Below are positions 36,288 to 46,746 of a stretch of 64,000 bases of DNA, piece after piece (the stretch's first letter is position 1; every line of letters starts with the position of its first letter). Source of the DNA: Candidatus Woesearchaeota archaeon (GTDB taxonomy: Archaea; Nanobdellota; Nanobdellia; Woesearchaeales; JABMPP01). Where the stretch lies: NCBI GenBank assembly GCA_018303405.1, contig JAGVYD010000014.1, positions 9,350-73,349 on the forward strand, in the 5' to 3' direction. A program made the position numbers and the translations under genes. A model generated the notes under the pieces. The model was given only the letters and a program-made list of their open reading frames with translations, had not been told where the DNA came from and did no database searches.

Positions 36288-37809
36288 GCCAAAGGCTGCC
36301 TTAATCAGCGTATTTGACAAGACAGGGATTGCTGATTTCGCTAAAGGGCTGGCCAGGCACGGCATAGAAATTCTCGCAACAGGCGGAACAGCCTCGCTTC
36401 TTGAAAAGAATGGGATAAAGATTACTAAAGTCGAATCCTACACTGGCAGCCCTGAAATTTTGGATGGCAGGGTCAAGACACTGCATCCGAGCATCTTTGG
36501 CGGAATCCTTGCAATCCGCGGCAAGAAGGAGCATGCTGAGCAGCTTTCTGAGCACAAATTGAAGGAAATTGACATGATTGTCGTGAACCTTTATCCATTT
36601 GAAGCCACAATAGCCAAGAATCCAGGCATGGAAGATGCGCTTGAGAACATAGACATCGGCGGAGTTTCGCTTATCAGGGCAGCAGGCAAGAATTTCCAGG
36701 ATGTCGCCGTGATTGTTGACCCAAAGGACTATTCCAGTCTCCTTGATGAAGTGGAAAAAGGCGGGATTGCCGAAGAAACCCTCAAGAAACTGGCTGTCAA
36801 GGCGTTTAGGACAACCGCAGCCTATGATTCTGCAATTGACAATTACCTGAGCGAAAGGCTTGCAGGCGAAAAAGTGATCAGGCCTTTTTTTATGCACGGA
36901 CAGGAGATGAGGTATGGCGAAAACCCGCATCAAAAAGGCTGGTTCTACAAGAGTGAAAAGTTGGAAGAGGCCTGTGTCGCGAATGCAAAGATGCTGAGCG
37001 GCAAGGAGTTGAGCTATAACAACATCCTGGATGCCAATGAGGCTTTCGAGCTTGTAAAGGAATTTGATGAGCCTTGCTGTGCCATCATAAAGCATACCAA
37101 TCCCTCAGGCGTTGCTGTTGACAATGAGATATCCGAAGCCTACAGGAAAGCCCTGGCCTGCGACCCGCTGTCAGCATTTGGCTGTGTTGTTGCAATGAAC
37201 AGGAAGTGCGACATAAGGACAGCTGAGCTGATGAAGCCTAATTTTATTGAGGTGGTAATCTGCCCGGGATTTGAGCCTGGCGCGCTTGAATTGCTGAAAA
37301 CAAAAAAGAATCTCAGGCTGCTTGAAACAGGAAAGATAGGGGAAAGGGCTCCGCAGATGGAAATGCGCACTGTGACCGGCGGCCTTCTTGTGCAGTCAAG
37401 GGATTTCCCAAAATTGGACAACAGGACATTCAAAGCTGTTACCAGGAAAACACCTTCGCCAGGGGAATTGGAGGACATGATTTTTGCAATCAGGGTTGCC
37501 TTGCACGTAAAATCAAATTCTGTTGTTTTTGTCAAGGATAAGGTCACTGTTGGCATCGGGGCAGGGCAGATGTCAAGGGTTGACTCAGTCAAAATTGCAG
37601 TTGAAAAAAGCCAGGGCCTTGTGAAGGGAAGTGTAATGTGCTCTGATGCATTCTTCCCGTTCAGGGACGGGGTGGATGAGGCTGCCAAGGCCGGCGTTTC
37701 TGCCATTGTGCAGCCAGGCGGCTCAATCAGGGATGATGAGGTTGTCAAGGCTGCTGACGAGCATGGAATCTCAATGGTTTTCTCGGGCATAAGGTTGTTC
37801 AAGCACTGA
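36271..37809 (+). CDS. purH: Bifunctional AICAR transformylase/IMP cyclohydrolase.
   Basis: MGS-like N-terminal domain (SVFDKTGIADFAKGL) and AICARFT C-terminal domain. Confidence 0.85.
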   Translation: MVIIIKPKAALISVFDKTGIADFAKGLARHGIEILATGGTASLLEKNGIKITKVESYTGSPEILDGRVKTLHPSIFGGILAIRGKKEHAEQLSEHKLKEIDMIVVNLYPFEATIAKNPGMEDALENIDIGGVSLIRAAGKNFQDVAVIVDPKDYSSLLDEVEKGGIAEETLKKLAVKAFRTTAAYDSAIDNYLSERLAGEKVIRPFFMHGQEMRYGENPHQKGWFYKSEKLEEACVANAKMLSGKELSYNNILDANEAFELVKEFDEPCCAIIKHTNPSGVAVDNEISEAYRKALACDPLSAFGCVVAMNRKCDIRTAELMKPNFIEVVICPGFEPGALELLKTKKNLRLLETGKIGERAPQMEMRTVTGGLLVQSRDFPKLDNRTFKAVTRKTPSPGELEDMIFAIRVALHVKSNSVVFVKDKVTVGIGAGQMSRVDSVKIAVEKSQGLVKGSVMCSDAFFPFRDGVDEAAKAGVSAIVQPGGSIRDDEVVKAADEHGISMVFSGIRLFKH

Positions 37810-37826
37810 AGTGAAGGTTCCTAATT

Positions 37827-38708
37827 TTACCCAAAATTAATGCCAAGCCTCTCCTCAAGTGGAAAAACTCTTTTTGCATTTTCAAGAAATTGGTGCTGGG
37901 CGTCTTCCGGCAGTTTTTCAAAGAGCGTCAATGCCCGTTTCACATCCAAAAGCCAGGGAAAGTCAGTGCCCCATAAGTATTTTTTATTCAGCTGCCCATC
38001 AGCCATGCTTGCAAGCAGGTCATATTCCATTATGGCAGAATGGATGTCGCTGTGCGTTGATGGCGCAAGCAGGCCGGTTGTCTTGTCAAGCCTCCTTAAT
38101 TCTCCAGTCATGGCAGTTGTGTTGGTGAAGGCATTGGAATAATCACGCAAGAAATTTTTTCTGTAACCCAGTTCAGATTGCCTTAATCCACCCAGGTTGT
38201 GGGCAAGGATAACATTCACTCCAGGGTTCCTTTCAAGCCTGTCCCTGATCTTTGCATCGGATGTGTTCTCTTCAAAGTCATCTGAGCTGCAATGGTTCAG
38301 CACAGGGATGCCTGCTTTCCCGGCTATTTCATAATAAGGGTCAAGTGCAGGGTCATCTATGTCCAGGCCGAGCAGGGATGTCGGCACCTTCAGCCCGATG
38401 ATTTCAGACCTCTTCGCCAGTTTCTCAATTTGTTTAGGTGTGGTTTCCCTGTACTCAAAAGGCGAGTCGGGAGGGGAGGCATACGGCGCCAAGATTAAAT
38501 ATGCCCCAAGCAATAAGTCAGGATTGGCTTTCACAACATCAGCCATGAGTGGGTTCAAGTCAGGATTTGTCCCTACAATAAAATATTTTAGGTCATGGGT
38601 GTGGTTTCCCTGCGTGTCAAAAAATTTTTTCATAAACCTTAGATTATCAAGTGTAAAGCCCTCATTCAGCAGTGGCCCGTACATTGCCTGGGTGTCGATA
38701 ATTTTCAT
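37827..38708 (-). CDS. Amidohydrolase-superfamily (TIM-barrel metal-dependent hydrolase) protein.
   Basis: 293 aa. Fold-level resemblance only. Confidence 0.4.
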   Translation of the reverse strand: MKIIDTQAMYGPLLNEGFTLDNLRFMKKFFDTQGNHTHDLKYFIVGTNPDLNPLMADVVKANPDLLLGAYLILAPYASPPDSPFEYRETTPKQIEKLAKRSEIIGLKVPTSLLGLDIDDPALDPYYEIAGKAGIPVLNHCSSDDFEENTSDAKIRDRLERNPGVNVILAHNLGGLRQSELGYRKNFLRDYSNAFTNTTAMTGELRRLDKTTGLLAPSTHSDIHSAIMEYDLLASMADGQLNKKYLWGTDFPWLLDVKRALTLFEKLPEDAQHQFLENAKRVFPLEERLGINFG

Positions 38709-38940
38709 GCTAATCAGCGTTTTCTCAGTTTATAGTTTATAAATTGATTATTTCAATGTTTATTTTGCGTTGATTTTATAACCTTATAACCCGAACAGGT
38801 TAACATTATAATACCAACCGAGAACACCTTGAAGTGCCCTGCACCTCTTCTTTTTATTCATCTTTGGCAGGATGGTGGCATTTTTAAGATTTTGCAATCT
38901 TATTCAATCCAAATGAATTTTGCATGCAATATTGTGAGGA

Positions 38941-39279
38941 TTAGAGCATTTTGAGCTTGCCTGTGAACTCGTCGATCTTTGTGTCATCATCAGGGCCAAT
39001 GCCCAGGCAGGTCACAGTTCCGGGCTGGAGGACTGTGTAGCCTGCGTCGGTTATTAGGGCAGTCTTTAGCCCCCCGTCACGGCAAAGCGCCATGTATTTT
39101 TTAAGCTCCTTTTCATCGCTGACTTCCAAAACGATTTTTTTGCCTCCCTCTGCCCTCCATTTGTCCAGGATTTTTCTGTCAGTTTTTAGCGCTGCCTCCA
39201 AAGAGGCGTGCGCAACCTGTGCAGCCATTTTGCCCTTTGGCAGTTTTAAGTCCTTTCTGACTATTATTACTTGTTTCAT
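38941..39279 (-). CDS. pth2: Peptidyl-tRNA hydrolase, archaeal Pth2 type.
   Basis: MKQVIIVRKDLKLPKGKMAAQVAHAS... is the Pth2 signature. Confidence 0.75.
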   Translation of the reverse strand: MKQVIIVRKDLKLPKGKMAAQVAHASLEAALKTDRKILDKWRAEGGKKIVLEVSDEKELKKYMALCRDGGLKTALITDAGYTVLQPGTVTCLGIGPDDDTKIDEFTGKLKML

Positions 39280-39308
39280 TTTTAAGATCAGCCAGCTCAA
39301 TAAGCAGC

Positions 39309-40892
39309 TCAATGAGCGGAATTTACATAGCATTCGTCACACATATGTGTAGCGGGAAGCCCGATAGCCTGTGACAGTTCCTCTTTTGTTGCATAAACCA
39401 GGGCTTCATTCTCCTGCATCCCGAGTGCCTTCTTAATTTCAGGAAGTGATTTCCCGTGCGCAATAAGCTCCTCAGTTGTGTGGAAATCAATTGCATGGTT
39501 GCATGGGTGCCTTATGGCAGGGAAGGTGATAAACAGATGGATCTCTTTGGCGCCAAGATGCCTTAGGTACTTGATATCATGCTTGATGGTTGTGCCCCTG
39601 ACTATGGAATCATCCACAATTATGACATATTTCCCCTCAACCTCCTCCCTGAAGACATAATGGTCGGCTATGGTGTCCAGTTCCCTGTGCTCCTGGGTTG
39701 GCTGGAGGAATATCCTCGGCGAGAATGGGTGCTTTTCAATTGATGAATTGTAGGCAATGCCGGTTGTATTTGCCAGGTGTATGGCTGCTGCCTCAGCTGT
39801 CCGCGGGACAGGGCAAATGATCAAGTCTGTTTTGTGCTTCATTAAATGATTGTATTCAGGGGTGGACATGAACCGCTTCCACATTGCGTCGACTATTAAT
39901 TTCCTGATGTTTTTTACAAGGTTGTTGTTGAGATAGGAGGATGCCCGCATAAAATATGATGCTTCAAAAGGGCATAATTTTATTCTGGAAGGCATTATTT
40001 GCTTTCTTATCACGTCAAGGCTGCTGTTGATAAAAATCATCTCGCCCGGCGCTATTTCATCATAAGCCTGCCGGCCTGATGCATAGAGCTTGTTTGATGT
40101 GCCCTTGAAAAGCATTTTTTCGAGTGCAATTGTTTCAGAGGCAAACGCATAATCAGTGATTTCGCCTTCATTGCCATCATGCTCCCGTGCCACGCCATAG
40201 AACAACGGCCTTCTTCCTTCCGGGTCCCGGAATGCGACCAGGCCGACATTATTGATTATGGCAATAGCGCTGTATGTTGCCTTAACACGCTCCATGACAC
40301 CCCTGACAGCCATCTCAATCTTCTTGCCGTCGTCCAAACTCTCCGAATTCGAATGGAATTCCTCTGAAAATACCTTGAGGATTGCCTCCACATCATTGTT
40401 GCCAGCTTTCCTGAGCCCAAGATTTGTAAAGTATGCATCTATTTCAGCGTAGTTGTGCACATCTCCATTGTGCACGATTACAATTCCGCCGTGCGGGGCG
40501 TGCAGTGGCTGGATGCTGGCCTGGCTCATCCTGGATTTCTCCTCGTGGGACAAGTCCTTGTCCGATGCTGAGACTGTATAGCCTGCTGTGGGGTACCTGA
40601 CCTGGCCAACCCCCATGAACCCGGTCATCTGGGAAAGCTTGGCCTTTGTGAATACCTCTGACACCTTGCCATGCCCTTTTTCAATCTTTAAGGGATTCAG
40701 GTCAAGGACTGTGTGCTCAACGGCCAGCTCGCGGAGCATTTTTTGCTTTTGCTTGTTTATAGAGAATTTTCTGATTGTCGCGACGCCAGCGGAAAAATCG
40801 CCCCGGTTTTGCAGCTGGTACAGCCCGTGCGCTACAAGGGCGCCCATATCTTTCCGGTTTTGATTAGATATTATCCCTATGACCCCGCACAT
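39309..40892 (-). CDS. Second PurF-like class II glutamine amidotransferase/PRTase.
   Basis: MCGVIGII (Ntn Cys at position 2) and PRTase motif VIIVDDSIVRGTT. Confidence 0.7.
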   Translation of the reverse strand: MCGVIGIISNQNRKDMGALVAHGLYQLQNRGDFSAGVATIRKFSINKQKQKMLRELAVEHTVLDLNPLKIEKGHGKVSEVFTKAKLSQMTGFMGVGQVRYPTAGYTVSASDKDLSHEEKSRMSQASIQPLHAPHGGIVIVHNGDVHNYAEIDAYFTNLGLRKAGNNDVEAILKVFSEEFHSNSESLDDGKKIEMAVRGVMERVKATYSAIAIINNVGLVAFRDPEGRRPLFYGVAREHDGNEGEITDYAFASETIALEKMLFKGTSNKLYASGRQAYDEIAPGEMIFINSSLDVIRKQIMPSRIKLCPFEASYFMRASSYLNNNLVKNIRKLIVDAMWKRFMSTPEYNHLMKHKTDLIICPVPRTAEAAAIHLANTTGIAYNSSIEKHPFSPRIFLQPTQEHRELDTIADHYVFREEVEGKYVIIVDDSIVRGTTIKHDIKYLRHLGAKEIHLFITFPAIRHPCNHAIDFHTTEELIAHGKSLPEIKKALGMQENEALVYATKEELSQAIGLPATHMCDECYVNSAH

Positions 40893-40967
40893 GATTTTAT
40901 GAGAAGGGGAGGTGGTTTATAAAATTACTGCTAATGGTTATGAGGGAGCCGGGACACTTGTGCACAA

Positions 40968-41786
40968 TTACACAAGCGGTGTCTTTCCGCCGTAAAGTGC
41001 AGAGAATTTGCCGCCCTTGAATTCCAGCGTGAAGATATCTGTGTTCACTTTGGTCGCCCTCATTTTGACGACCCTGATATTTCTGTCAATTTTGCGCGCC
41101 CGGGGGGCAAGTTCCACATGGATTATGCCATCCGCCAGGAAATCTTCAATTTGGTATTCGCCATATTTATCTCCTGTTAGCCGCATCTCAGAAATCAAAA
41201 GTGAGGTAATTGACAAATCGCGGAAAAATTCAAACAGGTAAAACAGCTGTGTCCTTGCATTGGCAAAATCTGAGAGCACGTAAAGCGCTGACAGCGAGTC
41301 CAGTGCAAAAATGCCCAAATCACAGTTTTCCCTGACTTTTTTCAGTATGTTTTTCAGGACATTCAGCCAGTCGCCGGCCTGTTTGTCGCTCAGTGATTTG
41401 ACTTGTTTTCTGATTGCCCCGAGGTCAGTGATTATCATTGCGCCTTTTCCTGATTTTACCCTCGCAACTGCGTCATTGATCTTGCCAATGTCATCCAAAA
41501 TGACCAAGTTGATTTGCTTCAGGTCAAACCCCATGTTCACAAGGTGCTTAACCAGGCTTTGGTAGGACTGTTCCAAAGACAAGTAAAGGCCGATCTTGCC
41601 TTTCAGCGCCTCGTTGTAAAGAACATTGAATGTAATGGAAGATTTCATTGTGCCGGCTGTTCCAGCTATAAGAACTACATGGCCTTCAGGTATGCCACCC
41701 TGTATTTCACTATCGAGATTGCTTATGTATGTTGGCACCCTTCTAAGCTCGAACTCTCCCGCCATCTTGACCTCTTTTTTGTTCAA
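40968..41786 (-). CDS. KaiC/RadA-like RecA-superfamily ATPase with a degenerate Walker A.
   Basis: ...VVLIAGTAGTMKSS... P-loop has Met in place of the conserved Gly. Single RecA-like domain. Confidence 0.5.
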   Translation of the reverse strand: MNKKEVKMAGEFELRRVPTYISNLDSEIQGGIPEGHVVLIAGTAGTMKSSITFNVLYNEALKGKIGLYLSLEQSYQSLVKHLVNMGFDLKQINLVILDDIGKINDAVARVKSGKGAMIITDLGAIRKQVKSLSDKQAGDWLNVLKNILKKVRENCDLGIFALDSLSALYVLSDFANARTQLFYLFEFFRDLSITSLLISEMRLTGDKYGEYQIEDFLADGIIHVELAPRARKIDRNIRVVKMRATKVNTDIFTLEFKGGKFSALYGGKTPLV

Positions 41787-41977
41787 CTGCCATGCATCGC
41801 ATTATGCATGAGCCAATGCCCTGTGCAATCACATATTATATTGTTATTATATTAACCTTATATTAACCTTGAATATTATGTCTTATGGGTTATATATTTT
41901 ATATATTGCCTTTTCATGGTGGACATTGCATCCGGCAGTATTTCGCTTTTATGGGATGTTGATTGCTTAATGCTTAT

Positions 41978-43240
41978 TTAAGTTTTGTGCTTCAGCACAG
42001 TCATTTTACCCTTTCCTGTTGTCACGACTATGCTCACCTTTGCAGCATCAAGGCTTGAGCCCACTATCATGCCATCTGTCTTGTATTCCCAGATTTTCTT
42101 CCCGATGTACCTTCCAGGCGGGATTGTCATGATATCAGAATAGCTCCCTGACTGCTGTGTAATCCCTGCAACACCAGGCACATAATTCAGCAGGAATTGG
42201 CCTTCAGCATCCAGGACATACACTGAATGATCGTATGAGCATGCGACAATCTCAAGCCTCCCATCCCCATCCACATCAGCCGCTATTGGAGGGGCAACGA
42301 CCCAAAAGCTGGTTTCGTAGCTCCAAAGCTTGTTGCCATCTGAAGCCAGCGCATATACCTGGTCATCACAGCATCCGAACAATACTTCCATTTTTTTATC
42401 GCCGTTTATGTCCGCCAGTGTGGCAGAAGAGGGAATGCTGGCCCCTGCCTTGTATGTCCAAAGGACTTCGCCATTATGGTCAAAGAGGTACAAAAACCCG
42501 TCATTTGTCCCCACGACAATATGGTCTTCGCCGTCCCCGAAAACATCGCCAACTGCAGGCGATGCAGTGATTTTTCCCTGGCATTTGTGCTTCCAAACCA
42601 GCTTGCCTTCAATGGAAATGCAGTACAGGGTTCCGTCATTGCTCCCAAATACAAGGCGCCTTTTCCCGCCCACCATCAGGAAAGCAGGGGATGACTCAAT
42701 TCCGGATGCTGCCTTGCTAATCCACTTAAGCCCGCCCAGGCTGTCAAGGCAATACAAATTTGAATCGCTGCTGCCGAAAAGGATGTCCTCAATCCTTTCA
42801 TGCCCGTCAATGGAAATAAGGGGCGTTGTCTTTACCGGGCCTTTTGCCTGGAACTCCCACATGTAATTGCCATTTGAGTCAAGTGCATAGACCGAGCCAT
42901 CATCCCTGCCAAAGACAATCTCCATGTTGCCGTCATAGTTGATGTCCATTATCCTTGGCTCTGATTGTATGGATTCTGAGAATTCTGTAGGCTGGAACAA
43001 TTGCTGCATGTCTGTTTTTGCAGCCTTGGCTGGCGAAAACACCCATTCGATCTTGTCTTCCTTCACGGCAAACAGCCTGCCGTCCTTGGTGCCGAAAACA
43101 GCCACATGCTGCCTCATTTTGTCGAGGTCGGCAATGATAGGCCTTGTGGTTATGTCAGTCTTGATATCTAGGCTGGAGGACATCTCAAGCCTGCCTGTCC
43201 TTTTTCCAAGAAGATGCTGCACTGAATTGTAAAGTCCCAT
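41978..43240 (-). CDS. PQQ-repeat beta-propeller protein.
   Basis: Repeated ~40-aa units with conserved G/W spacing, typical of PQQ/BamB-like propellers. Confidence 0.55.
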   Translation of the reverse strand: MGLYNSVQHLLGKRTGRLEMSSSLDIKTDITTRPIIADLDKMRQHVAVFGTKDGRLFAVKEDKIEWVFSPAKAAKTDMQQLFQPTEFSESIQSEPRIMDINYDGNMEIVFGRDDGSVYALDSNGNYMWEFQAKGPVKTTPLISIDGHERIEDILFGSSDSNLYCLDSLGGLKWISKAASGIESSPAFLMVGGKRRLVFGSNDGTLYCISIEGKLVWKHKCQGKITASPAVGDVFGDGEDHIVVGTNDGFLYLFDHNGEVLWTYKAGASIPSSATLADINGDKKMEVLFGCCDDQVYALASDGNKLWSYETSFWVVAPPIAADVDGDGRLEIVACSYDHSVYVLDAEGQFLLNYVPGVAGITQQSGSYSDIMTIPPGRYIGKKIWEYKTDGMIVGSSLDAAKVSIVVTTGKGKMTVLKHKT

Positions 43241-43337
43241 CCAGGCTCTACCATATTTTGGCGGATATATAAATTTTTCTCAGTGGCGCATAAAGGACTC
43301 ATTTATTGAAAGGCGTTAGATGTAAAAATAGGTTGGA

Positions 43338-44744
43338 ATGCCTTTGCAAATCTTTTTAAATGACCATTATTATCACTGTGTAATGGATGCAAATAGACGT
43401 GTTGTTATAACAGGTGCCGGAGTTGTTTCCCCTATAGGCAATGATGTTGAAACATTCTGGAATAATTTACTTGCGGGAAAGTCAGGCGTAATTGCAGTTG
43501 ATGAAGACTGGATTGGCAGACAGACTGAGGTTATGGACCGCGGTGAAAAAAAAATAATTGATGTTTTTCAAACACGTGTTTACGCACCGGTTAGGGATTT
43601 TGATGAGAGCAGGCTTGGCTTCAGGGAAGGCCAAAGAAGCGATTTTGTCTCAAAATTTGCAATCGATGCAGCTCGACAAGCTATTGAGAATGCGGGCCTG
43701 GAAACTAGATTGGTTGGCCCGGACAAGCAGAAACAATATGAAATTCTTGGGATTGATACAGATCGGGCTGGTGTAATGATAGGAACGGGCATCGGCGGCC
43801 AGACAACAGATGTCGAAAATTATGAAAGATACTTAAAAGGTGATTATAGAAACATTAGCCCATTGGCAGTGCCAATGATTATGGCAAATGCTGTGCCCGG
43901 AATGCCTGCTATAAAATACAAGTTTCACGGTCCATCGGGCGTAATTGCAACCGCATGTGCAACAGGAACAGACACCATTGGACATGCATATCAGCAAATT
44001 ATTCTCGGAAAAGCTGATTTAATGCTGGCTGGTGGTTCTGAAGCTCTGCTTAGGGATGGAGGTTATACATTTTATCTTTTTAATAAGGCAGGTGCAATGA
44101 CAACAAGGCACTATGACGACCCCACAAAAGCCAGCCGGCCATTTGATAAAGACAGGGATGGGTTTGTGATGGGAGAAGGAGCAGGTGTACTAGTGCTTGA
44201 AGAGCTTGAACATGCAAAAGCAAGAAATGCACCAATACTTGCTGAGGTTGTAAATTATCATTCAACAACTGATGCATATAATCTTACAGATCCTGATCCA
44301 AATGGCACACAAGTAATCAGGCTTATGAAGGAAGTTATGGCTGAACGAGGCATTGACCCAAAAGAAGTTGATTACATCAATGCACACGGCACATCAACAA
44401 TAAAAAATGATGAAGCTGAAACTCAGGCAATAAAGGCTGTTTTTGGGGATCATGCGTATAATCTATTGGTCAATTCATCTAAGTCAATGATTGGGCATTC
44501 GTTGGGCGCCAGCGGGGCACTGGAAGCAATTGCCACTGCACTTTCGCTCAAGCATGGCAAGGTGCACCCGACAATTAATTATGAAACGGTTGATCCTGGC
44601 GACCCCAAAATACCAGGCTCGGCCCTTGATTTAAATTTTGTGCCTGATGTGGCAGTTGTGCAGCCGATTAGAATTGCTTTGACTAATTCTTATGGATTTG
44701 GCGGGCATAATGCAACTTTGCTTTTGGCAAAATATGAAGGCTAA
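43338..44744 (+). CDS. Beta-ketoacyl synthase (FabF/KAS II-like).
   Basis: Active-site region ...SGVIATACATGTDTIGHAY... plus C-terminal His/His motifs (NAHGTST, GHSLGASG). Confidence 0.75.
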   Translation: MPLQIFLNDHYYHCVMDANRRVVITGAGVVSPIGNDVETFWNNLLAGKSGVIAVDEDWIGRQTEVMDRGEKKIIDVFQTRVYAPVRDFDESRLGFREGQRSDFVSKFAIDAARQAIENAGLETRLVGPDKQKQYEILGIDTDRAGVMIGTGIGGQTTDVENYERYLKGDYRNISPLAVPMIMANAVPGMPAIKYKFHGPSGVIATACATGTDTIGHAYQQIILGKADLMLAGGSEALLRDGGYTFYLFNKAGAMTTRHYDDPTKASRPFDKDRDGFVMGEGAGVLVLEELEHAKARNAPILAEVVNYHSTTDAYNLTDPDPNGTQVIRLMKEVMAERGIDPKEVDYINAHGTSTIKNDEAETQAIKAVFGDHAYNLLVNSSKSMIGHSLGASGALEAIATALSLKHGKVHPTINYETVDPGDPKIPGSALDLNFVPDVAVVQPIRIALTNSYGFGGHNATLLLAKYEG

Positions 44745-44969
44745 TTTCCGATTTTAGTATTTTGTTTTATTCTTGGGCTTTGTCCGAAAAGTTAGTTTGG
44801 GCATCAATTTTGCGAAGTCCATTCCAGGATGGGTTAGGCATTTTTCGGGGTTGCAGAGGAGAAAAATGCAATTTGCGAGAAGCTGCAATGCTGAGCGGAT
44901 GCCCAAACCAAGCCGAAAGGCGAGTTTTCGGACAAAGCCTTATTCTAGACAAAATTTATATAACCCCTA

Positions 44970-46706
44970 TTGTTGATTGAGACAATGGACAATAAGAACA
45001 ACAATCACAAAAATAATTTGCACAATAATAAAACCAATGGAAAGAATGGCAACCATAAAAATGATAATAAAAATAATCACAATAACCAGAAGGCAGAAGA
45101 CTTTGAGGGATTATTCTGGGCTGACCAGCTGGCTGAAGAGATTATTGGCAGGGAAAAATTTCGTTATCTGGAGCAGGAAACTCCCAAATTCGACAAATTT
45201 ACAGTGAAAACTTCTGCTTCCCTGTCAGGCGTTCTCCATATAGGGAGATTGAGTGATACAATAAGGGGAAGCTCGGTTTACCAGGCCTTGAAGGATGCCG
45301 GAGCCAAGGCACGGCTGATCTGGGTGGCTGAGGACATGGACCCCTTGCGAAAAGTCCCTGAAGGAGTGCCCAAAGACTATGAAAAATATATCGGGATGCC
45401 AGTTACAGACCTGCCGGACCCGGAAGGATGCCACAAAAGCTATGCCGACCACCACGTTGCCGAGTATTTCAAGGTCCTGGATGAATTCGTGACTGAAAAA
45501 ATGGAAAAGTTTTCCATGCGCGCGGAATACAAGGCAGGAAATTTCAGGCCTTATATCAAAAAAATCCTGGACCAAATCGAGACAATAATTGAAATCCAGA
45601 ACAGGTACAGGACTAATGCCCTGAAAAAAGGATGGTCGCCCTGGACCCCGATTTGTGACAATTGCGGGAAAATAATTACCCCGAAGGTGACTGGCTTTGA
45701 AGGCGGCAAAGTCCAGTATGTTTGCAAGGATTATGCATTTGAAAAATATACTGCCACAGGATGCGGCCATCGTGGGGAAAATGACCCTTTGAAGGGCAAT
45801 GGCAAGCTGGTCTGGAAAAGCGAATGGGCAAGCCAATGGGCCTTGTGGAAAGTTGTTTCAGAGGGCGCGGGAAAGGAATACCAGGTGCCGAACAGTGCAT
45901 TCTGGATTAATGCTGAAATTGTGGAAAAGGTGCATGGCTTTCCGAGCCCGGTCCCGATTTTTTATGAGCATTTGATGATTGACAATGTCAAGATGTCAGC
46001 CTCGCTTGGCAATGTGGTTTACCCGTCGGACTGGCTGGAGGTTGCGTCGCCCGAGCTTCTCAGGCTTTTTTACAACAAGAGGCTCATGACCACAAGAAGC
46101 TTTTCCTGGAAGGATTTGCCTGTTTTATATGATGAGGAGGATTATTATGCAGGTGTCAGCGCCGGCGAAATTATCCTGGAGAACAAGAAGGAAGAGGCGC
46201 ACATCAAAAGGCTCTTCCAGATATCCCACGGCCATGCTGAAACCAGGACATGCCCCGTGTCATTTTCCCATGCAATTGTTGTTTCCCAGATCTCAAACAA
46301 GGATGAAGACATAGTCAAGAGCCTGAAAAAAACAGGGCAGTACGATGACGCCAGGAAGGATATAATTTGGGAAAGGATTGGCAAAGTCAGGAGATGGCTT
46401 GACAAATATGCGCCAGTCGAGGCAAAATTCGAAGTCATGGAAGAGATTCCAAAGGGATTGTCATTGAGTTCAGCACAAAAAAAAGCGCTGCACACTCTTG
46501 CCGGGAGGCTTTTGGAAAAAGAATGGCAGGAAAAGGAGCTTTTTGAGGAAATTTATGCCATTGCGAAGGAGCTGGGCATGCAGGGCAGGGAGGTTTTTGA
46601 GGCAGGCTACAGGGTTTTGCTGGACAAGACAAGGGGGCCAAAGCTCGCCCCATTTATTTTGATGCTTGGCAGGGAAAAAGTGGCAGGAATGTTTAAAGAA
46701 GTGTAG
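44970..46706 (+). CDS. lysK: Class I lysyl-tRNA synthetase with an N/K-rich low-complexity N-terminus.
   Basis: HIGH-type motif (SGVLHIGRL), KMSKS variant (VKMSASLG), Zn-binding Cys cluster (CDNCGK...C). Confidence 0.8.
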   Translation: MLIETMDNKNNNHKNNLHNNKTNGKNGNHKNDNKNNHNNQKAEDFEGLFWADQLAEEIIGREKFRYLEQETPKFDKFTVKTSASLSGVLHIGRLSDTIRGSSVYQALKDAGAKARLIWVAEDMDPLRKVPEGVPKDYEKYIGMPVTDLPDPEGCHKSYADHHVAEYFKVLDEFVTEKMEKFSMRAEYKAGNFRPYIKKILDQIETIIEIQNRYRTNALKKGWSPWTPICDNCGKIITPKVTGFEGGKVQYVCKDYAFEKYTATGCGHRGENDPLKGNGKLVWKSEWASQWALWKVVSEGAGKEYQVPNSAFWINAEIVEKVHGFPSPVPIFYEHLMIDNVKMSASLGNVVYPSDWLEVASPELLRLFYNKRLMTTRSFSWKDLPVLYDEEDYYAGVSAGEIILENKKEEAHIKRLFQISHGHAETRTCPVSFSHAIVVSQISNKDEDIVKSLKKTGQYDDARKDIIWERIGKVRRWLDKYAPVEAKFEVMEEIPKGLSLSSAQKKALHTLAGRLLEKEWQEKELFEEIYAIAKELGMQGREVFEAGYRVLLDKTRGPKLAPFILMLGREKVAGMFKEV

Positions 46707-46746
46707 TGCATCGGGCTTGTGGGCAATACTGCCGACTATCAGGATA

